A stretch of 61,000 bases of DNA from Bacteroidales bacterium (GTDB lineage: Bacteria; Bacteroidota; Bacteroidia; Bacteroidales; PUMT01), in NCBI GenBank assembly GCA_007132225.1, contig SLPB01000061.1:1-61000 (forward strand), in the 5' to 3' direction. The position numbers were made by a program, and so were the translations under genes. Positions 38,425-48,400 of the stretch are shown here, one piece after another. The notes under the pieces are model-generated. The model did not search any database. It was not told the DNA's origin and worked only from the letters and a program-made list of their open reading frames with translations. Each line of letters opens with the position of its first letter. The stretch's first letter is position 1.

Positions 38425-38846
38425 GTGAGAATATGATCCGGAGCTTTGACCTGGGTAATATAGATGATATTGCCTGCGAGCTGCTCAATATGTTTCCAGA
38501 TGCAGGCATATTTGCATTTTATGGTGAAATGGGTGCAGGAAAAACCACCTTTATCAAAGCTTTATGCCGCTGCCTGGGAGTTGAGCAGATTGTAACAAGT
38601 CCCACTTTTGCCATTGTAAATGAATATAAGGATAAGCAGGGTAGAAAAAGTTATTTTCACTTTGATTTTTACAGGATAGAAAAAGTTGAAGAAGCTCTTG
38701 ATATGGGTTACGAAGATTATTTTTACAGCGATAATCTTTGTTTTATAGAATGGCCCGGGAAGATCGATGAACTTTTACCTGAAGGTACCGTAAGGCTCAT
38801 GATTGATATAGTGGATGAGGAAAAGCGTCGGCTGCGACTGCTTTAG
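38421..38846 (+). CDS. tsaE: t6A biosynthesis ATPase TsaE
   Basis: Motifs GEMGAGKTT, SPTF, HFDFYR and IEWP. ATGA overlap with porX. Confidence 0.95.
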   Translation: MSENMIRSFDLGNIDDIACELLNMFPDAGIFAFYGEMGAGKTTFIKALCRCLGVEQIVTSPTFAIVNEYKDKQGRKSYFHFDFYRIEKVEEALDMGYEDYFYSDNLCFIEWPGKIDELLPEGTVRLMIDIVDEEKRRLRLL

Positions 38847-38885
38847 GCTGCTTTTTTCCAGATATTAATAAAGGATAGCGAAATA

Positions 38886-38917
38886 TTTGAACATCTTTCT
38901 CTTTTTCCTTAACTTGC
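38886..38917 (+). promoter_or_regulatory. Promoter for the ald-like gene
   Basis: TTTG-N20-TAACTTGC, matching the Bacteroidota -33/-7 spacing with a variant -7. Confidence 0.45.
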
Positions 38918-38951
38918 TGTTTGTTTTTTAGAATTTATTAATAAACTGTAA

Positions 38952-40175
38952 ATGACACATCAGAATTTGCCACATTCATGGGCCCTGGGTAAGGGTAGTC
39001 TTTTACCACAGGAAGAGGTGCTTGAGACAGGCAGAAAACGCAAACAACTGGTAATTGGTATTCCCAGGGAACTGCAGGAGGATGAGGGCCGCATATGCCT
39101 CACCCCCGAAGCAGTTGAATTTATTGTGGGCAACGGGCATCAGGTAATGATTGAGACAAAAGCCGGAGCCGGGGCTAATTACAGCGATACTGATTACAGT
39201 GAATGCGGCGGTTATATTGTAAATGATCATAAGGAGATATTTTCCAGGAGCGATATCATAATGAAGGTTTCCCCCCCGGTTATCGGGGAAATTGAGTATA
39301 TGAGCGGACATCAGCTACTTATATCTGCACTCAGGTATAAAATTCAGGAGAAGAATTTTTTTCAGCAGCTTATGAAGAAAAAGATCACTGCAATATCTTT
39401 TGAGCATTTAAGAAGCAATGACAATTCCTTTCCCGTTATTCGCTCAATGAGTGAGATTGCCGGTGGTGCTGCCATTCTTATAGCTGCTGAGTACCTTTCC
39501 AACCGAAATAAAGGTAAGGGAGTAATGCTGGGAGGAATTTCCGGAATTACTCCAACAGAAGTAGTTATTATTGGAGCAGGTGCTGCTGCCGAATCAGCTG
39601 CCAGGGCAGCACTGGGGCTCGGTGCTTTTTTAAAGGTGTTCGATCATTCCATTGACCGGCTTCGCAGACTGCAGATTAACCTGGGGCAAAGACTGCATAC
39701 CTCTATTTTCCATCCAAGGGTAATAACCAGATCTCTCAAATCGGCTGATGTGGTGATCGGTGCACTCCACCTGGGAAGTGAATCACCAAACTTTTTTATC
39801 ACTGAAGAGATGGTAAAAGTGATGAAAAAAGGATCTGTAATAGTTGATTTGAGCATAGATTATGGAGGATGTATTGAAACATCGGAGTGCAGGTCCCTCT
39901 CTTCTCCCGTGTTTACAAAACACGGGGTAATTCATTACTGCGTTCCCAATATTACTTCAAGAGTTTCCAGGACGGCTACCATTGCTTTGAGCAATATTTT
40001 TGCTCCCCTGATACTCTCTATTGGTGAATCCGGGGGTATAAAGGCTTCTCTTATTGAGGATATGGGATTACGCAGCGGGACTTATCTATATAATGGATTA
40101 CTTACTAATGCGTTGATAGGTAGCTTGTTTGACATTCCCTCCAAGGATATAGATTTGCTGATGGCCGCTTTTTAA
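38952..40175 (+). CDS. ald: Alanine dehydrogenase/PNT family protein (Bacteroidota type)
   Basis: Motifs IGIPRE, EGRICLTP, MSEIAG, DLSIDYGGCIETS and HYCVPN. Some catalytic positions appear altered. Confidence 0.75.
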   Translation: MTHQNLPHSWALGKGSLLPQEEVLETGRKRKQLVIGIPRELQEDEGRICLTPEAVEFIVGNGHQVMIETKAGAGANYSDTDYSECGGYIVNDHKEIFSRSDIIMKVSPPVIGEIEYMSGHQLLISALRYKIQEKNFFQQLMKKKITAISFEHLRSNDNSFPVIRSMSEIAGGAAILIAAEYLSNRNKGKGVMLGGISGITPTEVVIIGAGAAAESAARAALGLGAFLKVFDHSIDRLRRLQINLGQRLHTSIFHPRVITRSLKSADVVIGALHLGSESPNFFITEEMVKVMKKGSVIVDLSIDYGGCIETSECRSLSSPVFTKHGVIHYCVPNITSRVSRTATIALSNIFAPLILSIGESGGIKASLIEDMGLRSGTYLYNGLLTNALIGSLFDIPSKDIDLLMAAF

Positions 40176-43100
40176 AAAAATGCTCTCATTTGTATTCCGC
40201 CGGTATGAATAAACCTGGCGCCCTGAGCTGTCCTGCCGTTGTAGTTAAGGCTCATTTGAAGGCTGCCGGTTAGGTTTTGCTGGTATTGGACCGTCATGAC
40301 TATATTGCTTCCCGGTTTCAATCCTTGCAGCATCTCCCATGCCACCGGCGAATTTGGAGGAGCATTGAACTTTATATAATAATAGTCTGCCTTTGCAGTT
40401 ATGCTTCCTTTCGAGGGTATAATGTATCTGAATTCTGTTCCTGTATTGCGTTGTTCAGCTTTTTCTTTTCCCGGATTATTTTCCTGACTGGTCCATTTCA
40501 TATGCATGGATGTTTGTAATGAATGGCCGGTTTGTAATGAAATGTCCAGTTCTGCGGATAATATGTCTATATCAAAGTTCTTCCCGGGGAAGAACCCGGA
40601 GGTATATGACTTGATGCCTTTTTCCAACTGGCTGCTCAGGATCATGGATTGTGTTACATTAAAACTGGTATGCAAACCATCTGAGCGCATTTGCCTAATG
40701 TCAAAACCGTTTACCAGGAGATTCTTGGACATATTGTTCTGATGAAGATAATCGATGGAGAGCGGTATGCTAGCGGGCTGAAACGACAGGGTGTTTCTCA
40801 GGGAGGATGAAAGGTTTATCAGGTTAGTGTCGTTAATATTGGTGAAGAAAGGATTAATGCCATTAAGTATATTAGTATGTCCGGTCTTTTTCCCCGATCT
40901 GAATGCTGCCTGGTTGGAAAAGAATGAAAGCACCCTTCTCCAGTCCCCGCTATTTTGCCAGCTTGCAGGGGAATTGAGACGGATAATCTGGTTAAACTGG
41001 TTTGACCGGACCCTGACAAAGTCATTCCCGGGAATCATTACACGGACATAGTTGGCCTGATCGGGAAATGCAGCAGGTTCAAATTCATCAAGTTCTTTTA
41101 TGCCGTTTTCATTGTAGTCAGTCCATGTATGTGTTCCTTGTCCGCGCGCAACTTCAATAAACATATAATCTTTTTTTACTTCAAGTCCTGAACCAGTTTC
41201 ATAAAAACCTGAGCCCTCAATAATGCCTTTTAAAATCCTCAGGCTGTTCTCCAGTCTGCCGTTAATTGAATTTTCAGGTACGGCCGGCTGCCCGTTGCCG
41301 CTCTCAATTTTAAGTTGCCGGTGATGCAATGTTCCGGATAGCCTGTTGCCCGGCTGTAGTTCTGATCTGAAGCCTGTTGAAAATTCCCTGGCAAATGAGG
41401 ATGGTTCAAATTGATTCAACAGGGGGAGCTTATCCTCTCTTTCCCTGTACGATGTGAAAAAATGAAATTTTGAGGTGTCATCGTTTTCAATGAAAACCTC
41501 TTTCTGATGAAAAGTAAAACTTAGAGCTGAAAACTGTCCGCTTCCCTTTTCCACTATTTTATTATTTTCTCCTTCTGACCGTATGCCCAGCCTGATAAGC
41601 CACAGGGGCCTGCTCACCTCCGCCATGTGCCTGAGAAATTCCGTGCCAATAGCCTCGCTTCCGGAATGAAGGTAACTAAACGACAATTTGCTGTCAAAAC
41701 CGGCAGCCCCTGTACTGGCTTCGACAATGTTTTTGATTCCTGAATAATTGCCTGAAAGATTGAGGTATTCTCCCCTGTAATGCATAAAATCGCCTGATCT
41801 CCTTTTGTAACCGGCAAACCAGTTTATTTTCCGTTCATCATCATTACCGTTAATTTCCGTAAGGTTCCAGTCCCTTTCAAACTCTACTGGTCTGAACCGC
41901 TCAGTAGAGTTAAAATTACTGCCAAGATGTTCAAAGTCAACCCCCCCTTCCAGAAGATCCCCGTCCTTACCCAGCGGGAAACTGCTCTTTAGACCGGCTC
42001 TTAAAGCCAGGCCGACGTTATCTTCATTGTTCAGGTCTGAGAAGGTGTTCCTGTCTGAATTACTGATTGCAAGCTCTATTGATGCTTCAGTATTACCGGT
42101 GAGGGCATTATTTCCACCCATACTTACAACCTGGTGTTTTTTAGGGGTAACAAGCAGCCTTATGGGTTCGTGGCTACCCCCGGGAATTCCGTTAACCGGA
42201 GGCACCCAGCTGAAAACACGTCCATTTGCAGTACTTTCAGCTGGTTTGTAGTTCCCACGGGCCTCTCCCACATAAGAAAATGCCAGCCTGTAATGTGCTT
42301 TTTCCGGGTCAATGGATTGCTGGTATATGCTGTGGGTTATCCCATCGACAATGGTATCGGTTTTTTTATATATCACCATATCATTACGAAACTCAACGCT
42401 GTCCACGGCAGGAACCCAGGCCTGATGCAGGCTGTCGCCAGTCCTGGAAAGCAGTTCTTTCTCCCCTTCCTTCAGCTCCTGCATCAGGGGCTGGTTCCTT
42501 GCATCATGTTCGGAGAATAAATTGACAAAATAATTCCCGTTCTCAGTTGATATTTCAGCAGTATTGGAAAGCAGGAATCTGGTATAGTTCCTGTCTGAAT
42601 ATTCAAATTCGACAACTATCCTGCGGTCTTTGGTAATTGGGGTATTGGAGGTAAAGGTTATTTCTGCCAGGTTATAATCAATGGTATAATCCCTGTCTGT
42701 GCCTCTTGACAGAAGCCTGCCGTCAACAAAAACCCTTTCCGATCCTGCCAAAACTATTATGAATACCTCATTATTGGACCCCGTTAACTTGTATGGTCCC
42801 TGTATACCCTCTTTACCGGTGAAACTGTTACGGTGGAAACGTCCCCTGGAAATTGCTGCACTGGCGGTATTCCTTATATTGTTAACTGAACCTGATCCGG
42901 GTTCAGTTACTGATGCAAATTGAATGCCCTGCCCTTTCTTATCAAGAGGCAAAAAAATTCCTCTTCCCCCTTTTACTTCGAAATCGCCAGCCGTGAGGCG
43001 GTGGTCATCATTATAAAGCTGTATGAACACCTTGTCAAATTCATGTATCTGGCGGGAATAGCCCTCTGGTTGGAGTGGTATGTTCTGGTCGGAGATAGTG

Positions 43101-43636
43101 GCGATAATATTGATATTATCATCAAGTTTTCCCGATAACTGCAGGTTAAGGTTAGAATTGACTATTACATCCTGGTTATTCCCGAAGCTTACACCCCGGG
43201 AAATACTTCCGCTTCGGGTCAGGGTTTCTTCTTTCCATATATCATCACTTACTGGGCGGTATGTATACCGTTGCAGATCCTCAGTGCCTGCCTTTCTCTG
43301 CCAGGGGATTATAAGGTTACTTTTTTTTCTGCTAAGGCTTAAATCCGGATCAACCTTAAAAACACGGTAGCTGACCAGTATCTCTCTTCCAAAATAAGGG
43401 AAATTTTCATTAAGGATAAGAAGAGAGTTCAGGGGACATGTTAGGTAAAATGAGTCATCAATTTTTTCCTTCCCGGGTATGTGCAAAATGATTGTCCCGG
43501 GAACAATCCGGAGAGTGTCCAGCCGGATGGTATCACTATCTGCAATGATGCTCTTTTCCCTTAACCCTGAAAGATCCTGGGGAAAAAGACCTGCCGGCAG
43601 CAGGAGAACCGAAATTATTATAATAAGCTCTTTCAA
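40172..43636 (-). CDS. Large outer-membrane beta-barrel protein of unknown function with SprA-like motifs
   Basis: TTG 43636 gives signal peptide MKELIIIISVLLLPAGLFP|Q. Many amphipathic strands and a C-terminal ...IQMRAFF. Confidence 0.7.
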   Translation of the reverse strand: MKELIIIISVLLLPAGLFPQDLSGLREKSIIADSDTIRLDTLRIVPGTIILHIPGKEKIDDSFYLTCPLNSLLILNENFPYFGREILVSYRVFKVDPDLSLSRKKSNLIIPWQRKAGTEDLQRYTYRPVSDDIWKEETLTRSGSISRGVSFGNNQDVIVNSNLNLQLSGKLDDNINIIATISDQNIPLQPEGYSRQIHEFDKVFIQLYNDDHRLTAGDFEVKGGRGIFLPLDKKGQGIQFASVTEPGSGSVNNIRNTASAAISRGRFHRNSFTGKEGIQGPYKLTGSNNEVFIIVLAGSERVFVDGRLLSRGTDRDYTIDYNLAEITFTSNTPITKDRRIVVEFEYSDRNYTRFLLSNTAEISTENGNYFVNLFSEHDARNQPLMQELKEGEKELLSRTGDSLHQAWVPAVDSVEFRNDMVIYKKTDTIVDGITHSIYQQSIDPEKAHYRLAFSYVGEARGNYKPAESTANGRVFSWVPPVNGIPGGSHEPIRLLVTPKKHQVVSMGGNNALTGNTEASIELAISNSDRNTFSDLNNEDNVGLALRAGLKSSFPLGKDGDLLEGGVDFEHLGSNFNSTERFRPVEFERDWNLTEINGNDDERKINWFAGYKRRSGDFMHYRGEYLNLSGNYSGIKNIVEASTGAAGFDSKLSFSYLHSGSEAIGTEFLRHMAEVSRPLWLIRLGIRSEGENNKIVEKGSGQFSALSFTFHQKEVFIENDDTSKFHFFTSYREREDKLPLLNQFEPSSFAREFSTGFRSELQPGNRLSGTLHHRQLKIESGNGQPAVPENSINGRLENSLRILKGIIEGSGFYETGSGLEVKKDYMFIEVARGQGTHTWTDYNENGIKELDEFEPAAFPDQANYVRVMIPGNDFVRVRSNQFNQIIRLNSPASWQNSGDWRRVLSFFSNQAAFRSGKKTGHTNILNGINPFFTNINDTNLINLSSSLRNTLSFQPASIPLSIDYLHQNNMSKNLLVNGFDIRQMRSDGLHTSFNVTQSMILSSQLEKGIKSYTSGFFPGKNFDIDILSAELDISLQTGHSLQTSMHMKWTSQENNPGKEKAEQRNTGTEFRYIIPSKGSITAKADYYYIKFNAPPNSPVAWEMLQGLKPGSNIVMTVQYQQNLTGSLQMSLNYNGRTAQGARFIHTGGIQMRAFF

Positions 43637-43800
43637 AAAAGGTGGCAGCTTAGGTAGTTGTAAGAACGAAAATAATAACAATTCGGTACATGTCTTAATG
43701 AGTTTATATTTTGTCTTATATTTGTTACGCCGGACCCCTTATGATAATCATATATCAGTACTGACTTTGCTACCGTTACAGCTATTTCAATTTTCTCCTC

Positions 43801-45048
43801 ATGCACATTGGTTATAATCTTTTCATAGCTTTTTATTCCATGGCATTATGCCTGTTGTCTCCTTTTCATTCCAAGGCTGCATTGTGGTACAGGGGAAGAA
43901 AAGGGTTTTTCCGCCGTTGGGCCGGATTTGATTCGGGCGGACGTAAACTTTTATGGTTTCATTGTGCATCGCTGGGAGAGTTTGAGCAGGGCAGGCCTGT
44001 GATTGAGGAGATAAAAAAAAGGGACGGGAATATTTTTATATTACTCACTTTCTTCTCACCCTCGGGCCTGGAGATCAGAAAGAACTATCCCCTGGCCGAT
44101 GCTGTATGTTACCTTCCTGCCGACACGACATCAAATGTCCGAAAATTCCTGGATACCTTTAAGCCTGATATTGCTGTTTTTGTGAAGTACGAGTTCTGGT
44201 TTAATTATATTGCCGGACTAAAAAGGAGAAATATACCCTTATATCTTATTTCTGCAAACTTCAGACCCGACCAGGTATTCTTTAAATGGTACGGCAGATG
44301 GTTTAAAAACATGTTGCATATGTTCAGCCATATTTTTGTGCAAAGTGATAGTTCCCGGAATCTGTTAGAGTCTTCTGGTGTAAAAAATGTTTCCGTCGCC
44401 GGAGATACCCGCTTTGACCGGGTCCGTGCCCTTGCCGGGAAAAGTGTTGAAATTCCTGCTGCAGCAGCTTTTTCGGGGGACTGCTTTACGATAGTTGCCG
44501 GCAGCACCTGGCAGCCTGATCATTCATTATGGGTAAGGTTCATGAATGAGACCGGGCATGATGTCCGGCTTATCATTGCACCACATGAGATAGACGAAAA
44601 TGAGATTGACAAACTCCTGGGCCGTTTCAGGAAAAGGGCAGTGAGGTATTCCCGTGCCCTAACAACTGATCCTGGAAGTGCCTCTGTATTGTTAATTGAC
44701 AATATAGGCTTATTATCCTCACTGTATCGTTATGGCCAACTGGCATATATAGGGGGAGGATTTGGCAAAGGTATTCATAATGTGCTGGAGGCATGCGCCT
44801 ACGGACTTCCGGTAATCTTCGGGCCGAATTACAGGAAATTTCGGGAGGCAAGGGAACTCATTGAGGCAGGAGGCGCTTTTACCGTCAGCAACTACAAGGA
44901 CCTTGTTACCTGTGTGGATGATCTGATTGCAACTCCCGATAAATTAAACAGGAGAGGGGAAATAGCAGGTAATTATGTAAAAAACGGCACTGGTGCAAGC
45001 AGCCTTATTGCTGACCGGATCTTATTTACCCTTATCAGTCAGCGATAG
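43801..45048 (+). CDS. waaA: Kdo transferase
   Basis: Motifs WFHCASLGE, YLPAD, GDTRFD, GSTW, IAPH and GGGF..HNVLEA. -7 element TATATTTG at 43717-43724. Confidence 0.93.
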   Translation: MHIGYNLFIAFYSMALCLLSPFHSKAALWYRGRKGFFRRWAGFDSGGRKLLWFHCASLGEFEQGRPVIEEIKKRDGNIFILLTFFSPSGLEIRKNYPLADAVCYLPADTTSNVRKFLDTFKPDIAVFVKYEFWFNYIAGLKRRNIPLYLISANFRPDQVFFKWYGRWFKNMLHMFSHIFVQSDSSRNLLESSGVKNVSVAGDTRFDRVRALAGKSVEIPAAAAFSGDCFTIVAGSTWQPDHSLWVRFMNETGHDVRLIIAPHEIDENEIDKLLGRFRKRAVRYSRALTTDPGSASVLLIDNIGLLSSLYRYGQLAYIGGGFGKGIHNVLEACAYGLPVIFGPNYRKFREARELIEAGGAFTVSNYKDLVTCVDDLIATPDKLNRRGEIAGNYVKNGTGASSLIADRILFTLISQR

Positions 45049-45226
45049 CCATTTCCCCCTGGTTAACCTTTATCATTGCAAAGGGTAACAAATAGCTGGT
45101 GGCTGCTAACTCTTACTGTTGTGTCTGTCAGGCCTTCAATTATCTTCAGTCAGGCTGGGCCAACCTCTCAGTGCCCCCGATAATGTTTATGGTAATGTGA
45201 ATATAAATTCGCAACTGAAAACAACC

Positions 45227-45243
45227 TGTGTATTAAATACACA
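45227..45243. promoter_or_regulatory. 17-bp palindrome, candidate operator upstream of the TonB-dependent receptor
   Basis: TGTGTATT-A-AATACACA (GTGT-N7-ACAC). Confidence 0.4.
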
Positions 45244-45472
45244 ATGAAACTGACAGTGTCTGTTTAGCATCATAGTTATAAACCCTCCGATATTTCTGTG
45301 TCGCCAGCTATAAATGATTGCCCTGTTTAAGTTTGAGGCAATCGGGTACGGATTTTGATTTAAGTATTTGTAAGAGCACGCAGTCATGGTTATGTTTCGG
45401 TAACAGATACCAGCTCCAGGGACAGACTCCGGGTAGTGATTGTGAACACTCAAACCATGCTTTCAGTTAATC

Positions 45473-48400
45473 ATGAAAATATTAGCTTTTATATTGGCTT
45501 TTACAACCATTGTTACAGGATCTTTTTCCAGGGACCCTGCCACGGCAGCCATTCATGGCCGGGTTGTGGATGCACAGGGGCAAGACCTTCCTGGTGTCAC
45601 CATCTTTGCCATACACACCCCAACTGGTGCTGCATGGGAGACCATCTCACGGGTGGATGGAAGGTTTAACCTTTCCGGCCTGCACACAGGAGGCCCCTAT
45701 AGCCTGACTTTTACTTCTGTGGATTACCGGCCGGAAGAGATTACCGGTATCCGGTTAACCCCTGGTGAGGAAAGATATCTTAGTATCATTCTGATTGAAA
45801 AGGAGGATGCACTTGCCGAGATTGTTATTGCGGAGTTCACGGATGGAACTTTTAATATAGGACGTACAGGTGCCACTACAAATATTGATGCCGGGATAAT
45901 TGGTTCATCACCTTCGATATCCAGAAGCCCTGATGACCTTACCCGACTGACACCGCAGAGCAGGGGTGCCAGTTTTGCCGGTCGTGACAACCGGTTCAAC
46001 AATTATACCCTGGACGGTATAATTTATAATAATAGTTTCGGACTTTCCGGCTTTCAGCTTCCAGGTGGTAATCCGTTAAGCCTTGAGTCCATAGAAGGGA
46101 TTAGGGTTAATCTTGCTCCTTATGATGTACGCCAGGGGGGATTTACCGGAGCCGGCGTAAATATAATCAGCAAAAGGGGTGATAATCAATTCCGGGGAGC
46201 TGTTTATGCTTACTACAATGACGAGCATTTTTCCGGCACAAAAGCGGGTACCTGGGAGCTTCTAGCTGATGAAATCTTTACCCGTATTACTGGGGCATCG
46301 GTGAGCGGACCGGTTTTGGGTGACAGGCTTTTTTTCTTTTTCAGTATTGAGCAGGAAAAAGGTTCAGGCCCCGGACTGCAAAAAGTGTCATCACGTCCGG
46401 GGCTGGCTCCCGACGGACTGCGGGTTTCCAGGGTCCCTGCCAGCGAGCTGGACTTTGTACGGGAAAAAATGATGCAGCTTTATGGATATGAAACAGGAGG
46501 TTACCAGGGATATGGTTTTCTGGATGAAGGATTGCGTATTAATGCACGGCTGGATTTTAATATAAACCCCAGCAACAAGATGATGGTTCGGGTTAACCAC
46601 TATACGGCATTTCGTGATGCTCCGGTTAACGCAAACAGTCTGCACTATAATCCCGAAGCATTGAGATACCGCAATACCAGCCGGTCTGGAATAGAGGCGA
46701 TGAATTTCCGTAACAGCCACTATTCTGCAGATTATAATGTTACCTCTGTTGCCGGTGAGCTCAACACCTTTATAAGTCCTTCAATGGCAAATAATTTCCG
46801 CATTGGGTACAGCAAAGCAGAAGATCCTGTCAGAACCATTCCCGGCAGACAATCATTCCCGTTTATTGAGGTACTTGAATTTGAAGGCACAACACCATAT
46901 TATTATATGACAATGGGGAATGAGTTATTCTCTGCAGGCAACGAGCTTTTAAATAATACTTTAAATATTACCAACAACTTTTCTTTCCACGCCGGCCGGC
47001 ATAATTTAATTTTTGGGGTGAGTCTTGAATACTTGACTTTCTACAATGCCTTCAATCCTGTAATAAATGGTTTTTACCGGTTCAACTCCTTCGATAATTT
47101 TACTGCTGCGGTGATTGAAAGAGATTTTAATATAAGGCCTGACCTTTTCCTTCAGGGATACCCTCTTAATGAAGAGGATGATGGTCCGGTTGATGAAACG
47201 GCTTTCGGGCAGGTTGGTTTATATATCCAGAACAGGTTTGAAGCTTCTTCAAGGATCAACCTTACCCTTGGCATTAGAATCGACGTACCTTTTTACCCGG
47301 TTGATCTTCCAAAAAACCCTGCACTGGATGACATGAACCTCAGGTTCACAAATCCCCGCACCGGCGAAAATATTGTTCCTGACGTAAGTGAATTACCAGG
47401 GGTACATCCATTGTGGTCACCCAGGATCGGTGTAAATTATGACGTATTTGGCGACATGAGTTTGCAGGTAAGGGGTGGAACCGGTCTGTTCTCCGGCCGT
47501 GTGCCATTTGTGTGGATATCCAACCAGGTAAACAACAATGGCCTCGCCCGGGGAGGATATGGCATGACTCCCGGGCAATGGGGGATAGATGGCAATCCTC
47601 ACTGGCAAGGTTTTCAGGATGATGTTGCTTTCTATCGTCCCGATCCTGCAGCACAGCAAGGCGTGGTTTCGGAAAATCTTGCCATTACCGACAGGGAATT
47701 TAAGCTTCCACAGGTCTGGAGAACCAATATTGCTGCCGATTATGTGTTTCCCTATGATGTGGTAGCAACCCTGGAAGGAATCTATTCGCTTGACATAAAC
47801 AGTCCACTTGCTTTAAATGTGAACACCACCCGGCCTGCCCAAAGGTTGAATAATCCATATCCTTTTCCCTACTGGCCCTACGAAGAAAACTTTTATGACA
47901 ACCCGGAATTTACAAATGTGATAATGCTGACCAATATAAATGCCGGATTCTATGCTTCAGTCACTGCAGAGTTGTCAAGGGAGTTCGGGGAGTATGGTAA
48001 CGCATGGATTGCCTATACCAGGAGCATTTCAAGGGATTACGGACTTGAAGGTGGTTCACAGGCAGCATCGCTGTGGCCATTTACAGTGGTCGATGACCGG
48101 AATGATCCCCGAATGGGATTTTCACGTTTCGACCAACCAAACAGGCTGGTAGCCATGGTTACAATTAACACACGAGCATTGGGAAACCGTTTTAATACTG
48201 GTATCTCCCTGGTTTATGACGGAGGTGAGAGAGGTCGGTTCAGCTATACATATTCAGGCAGCTTTAATGATGGAGCTGATCGCCTTATGTATATTCCCGT
48301 TTCACAGCATGATTCCTATCTTGTTGACAAAATGGCTGACGGGGAGATTGTAATGACAGCCGAACAGCAGTGGGAAATACTTGATAAATTTATAAGCCAG

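Noticed and set aside
43737-43755. ATGATAATCAT as a Fur box upstream of waaA
   Set aside because: Only 12/19 match to the consensus, and there is no iron-related context.
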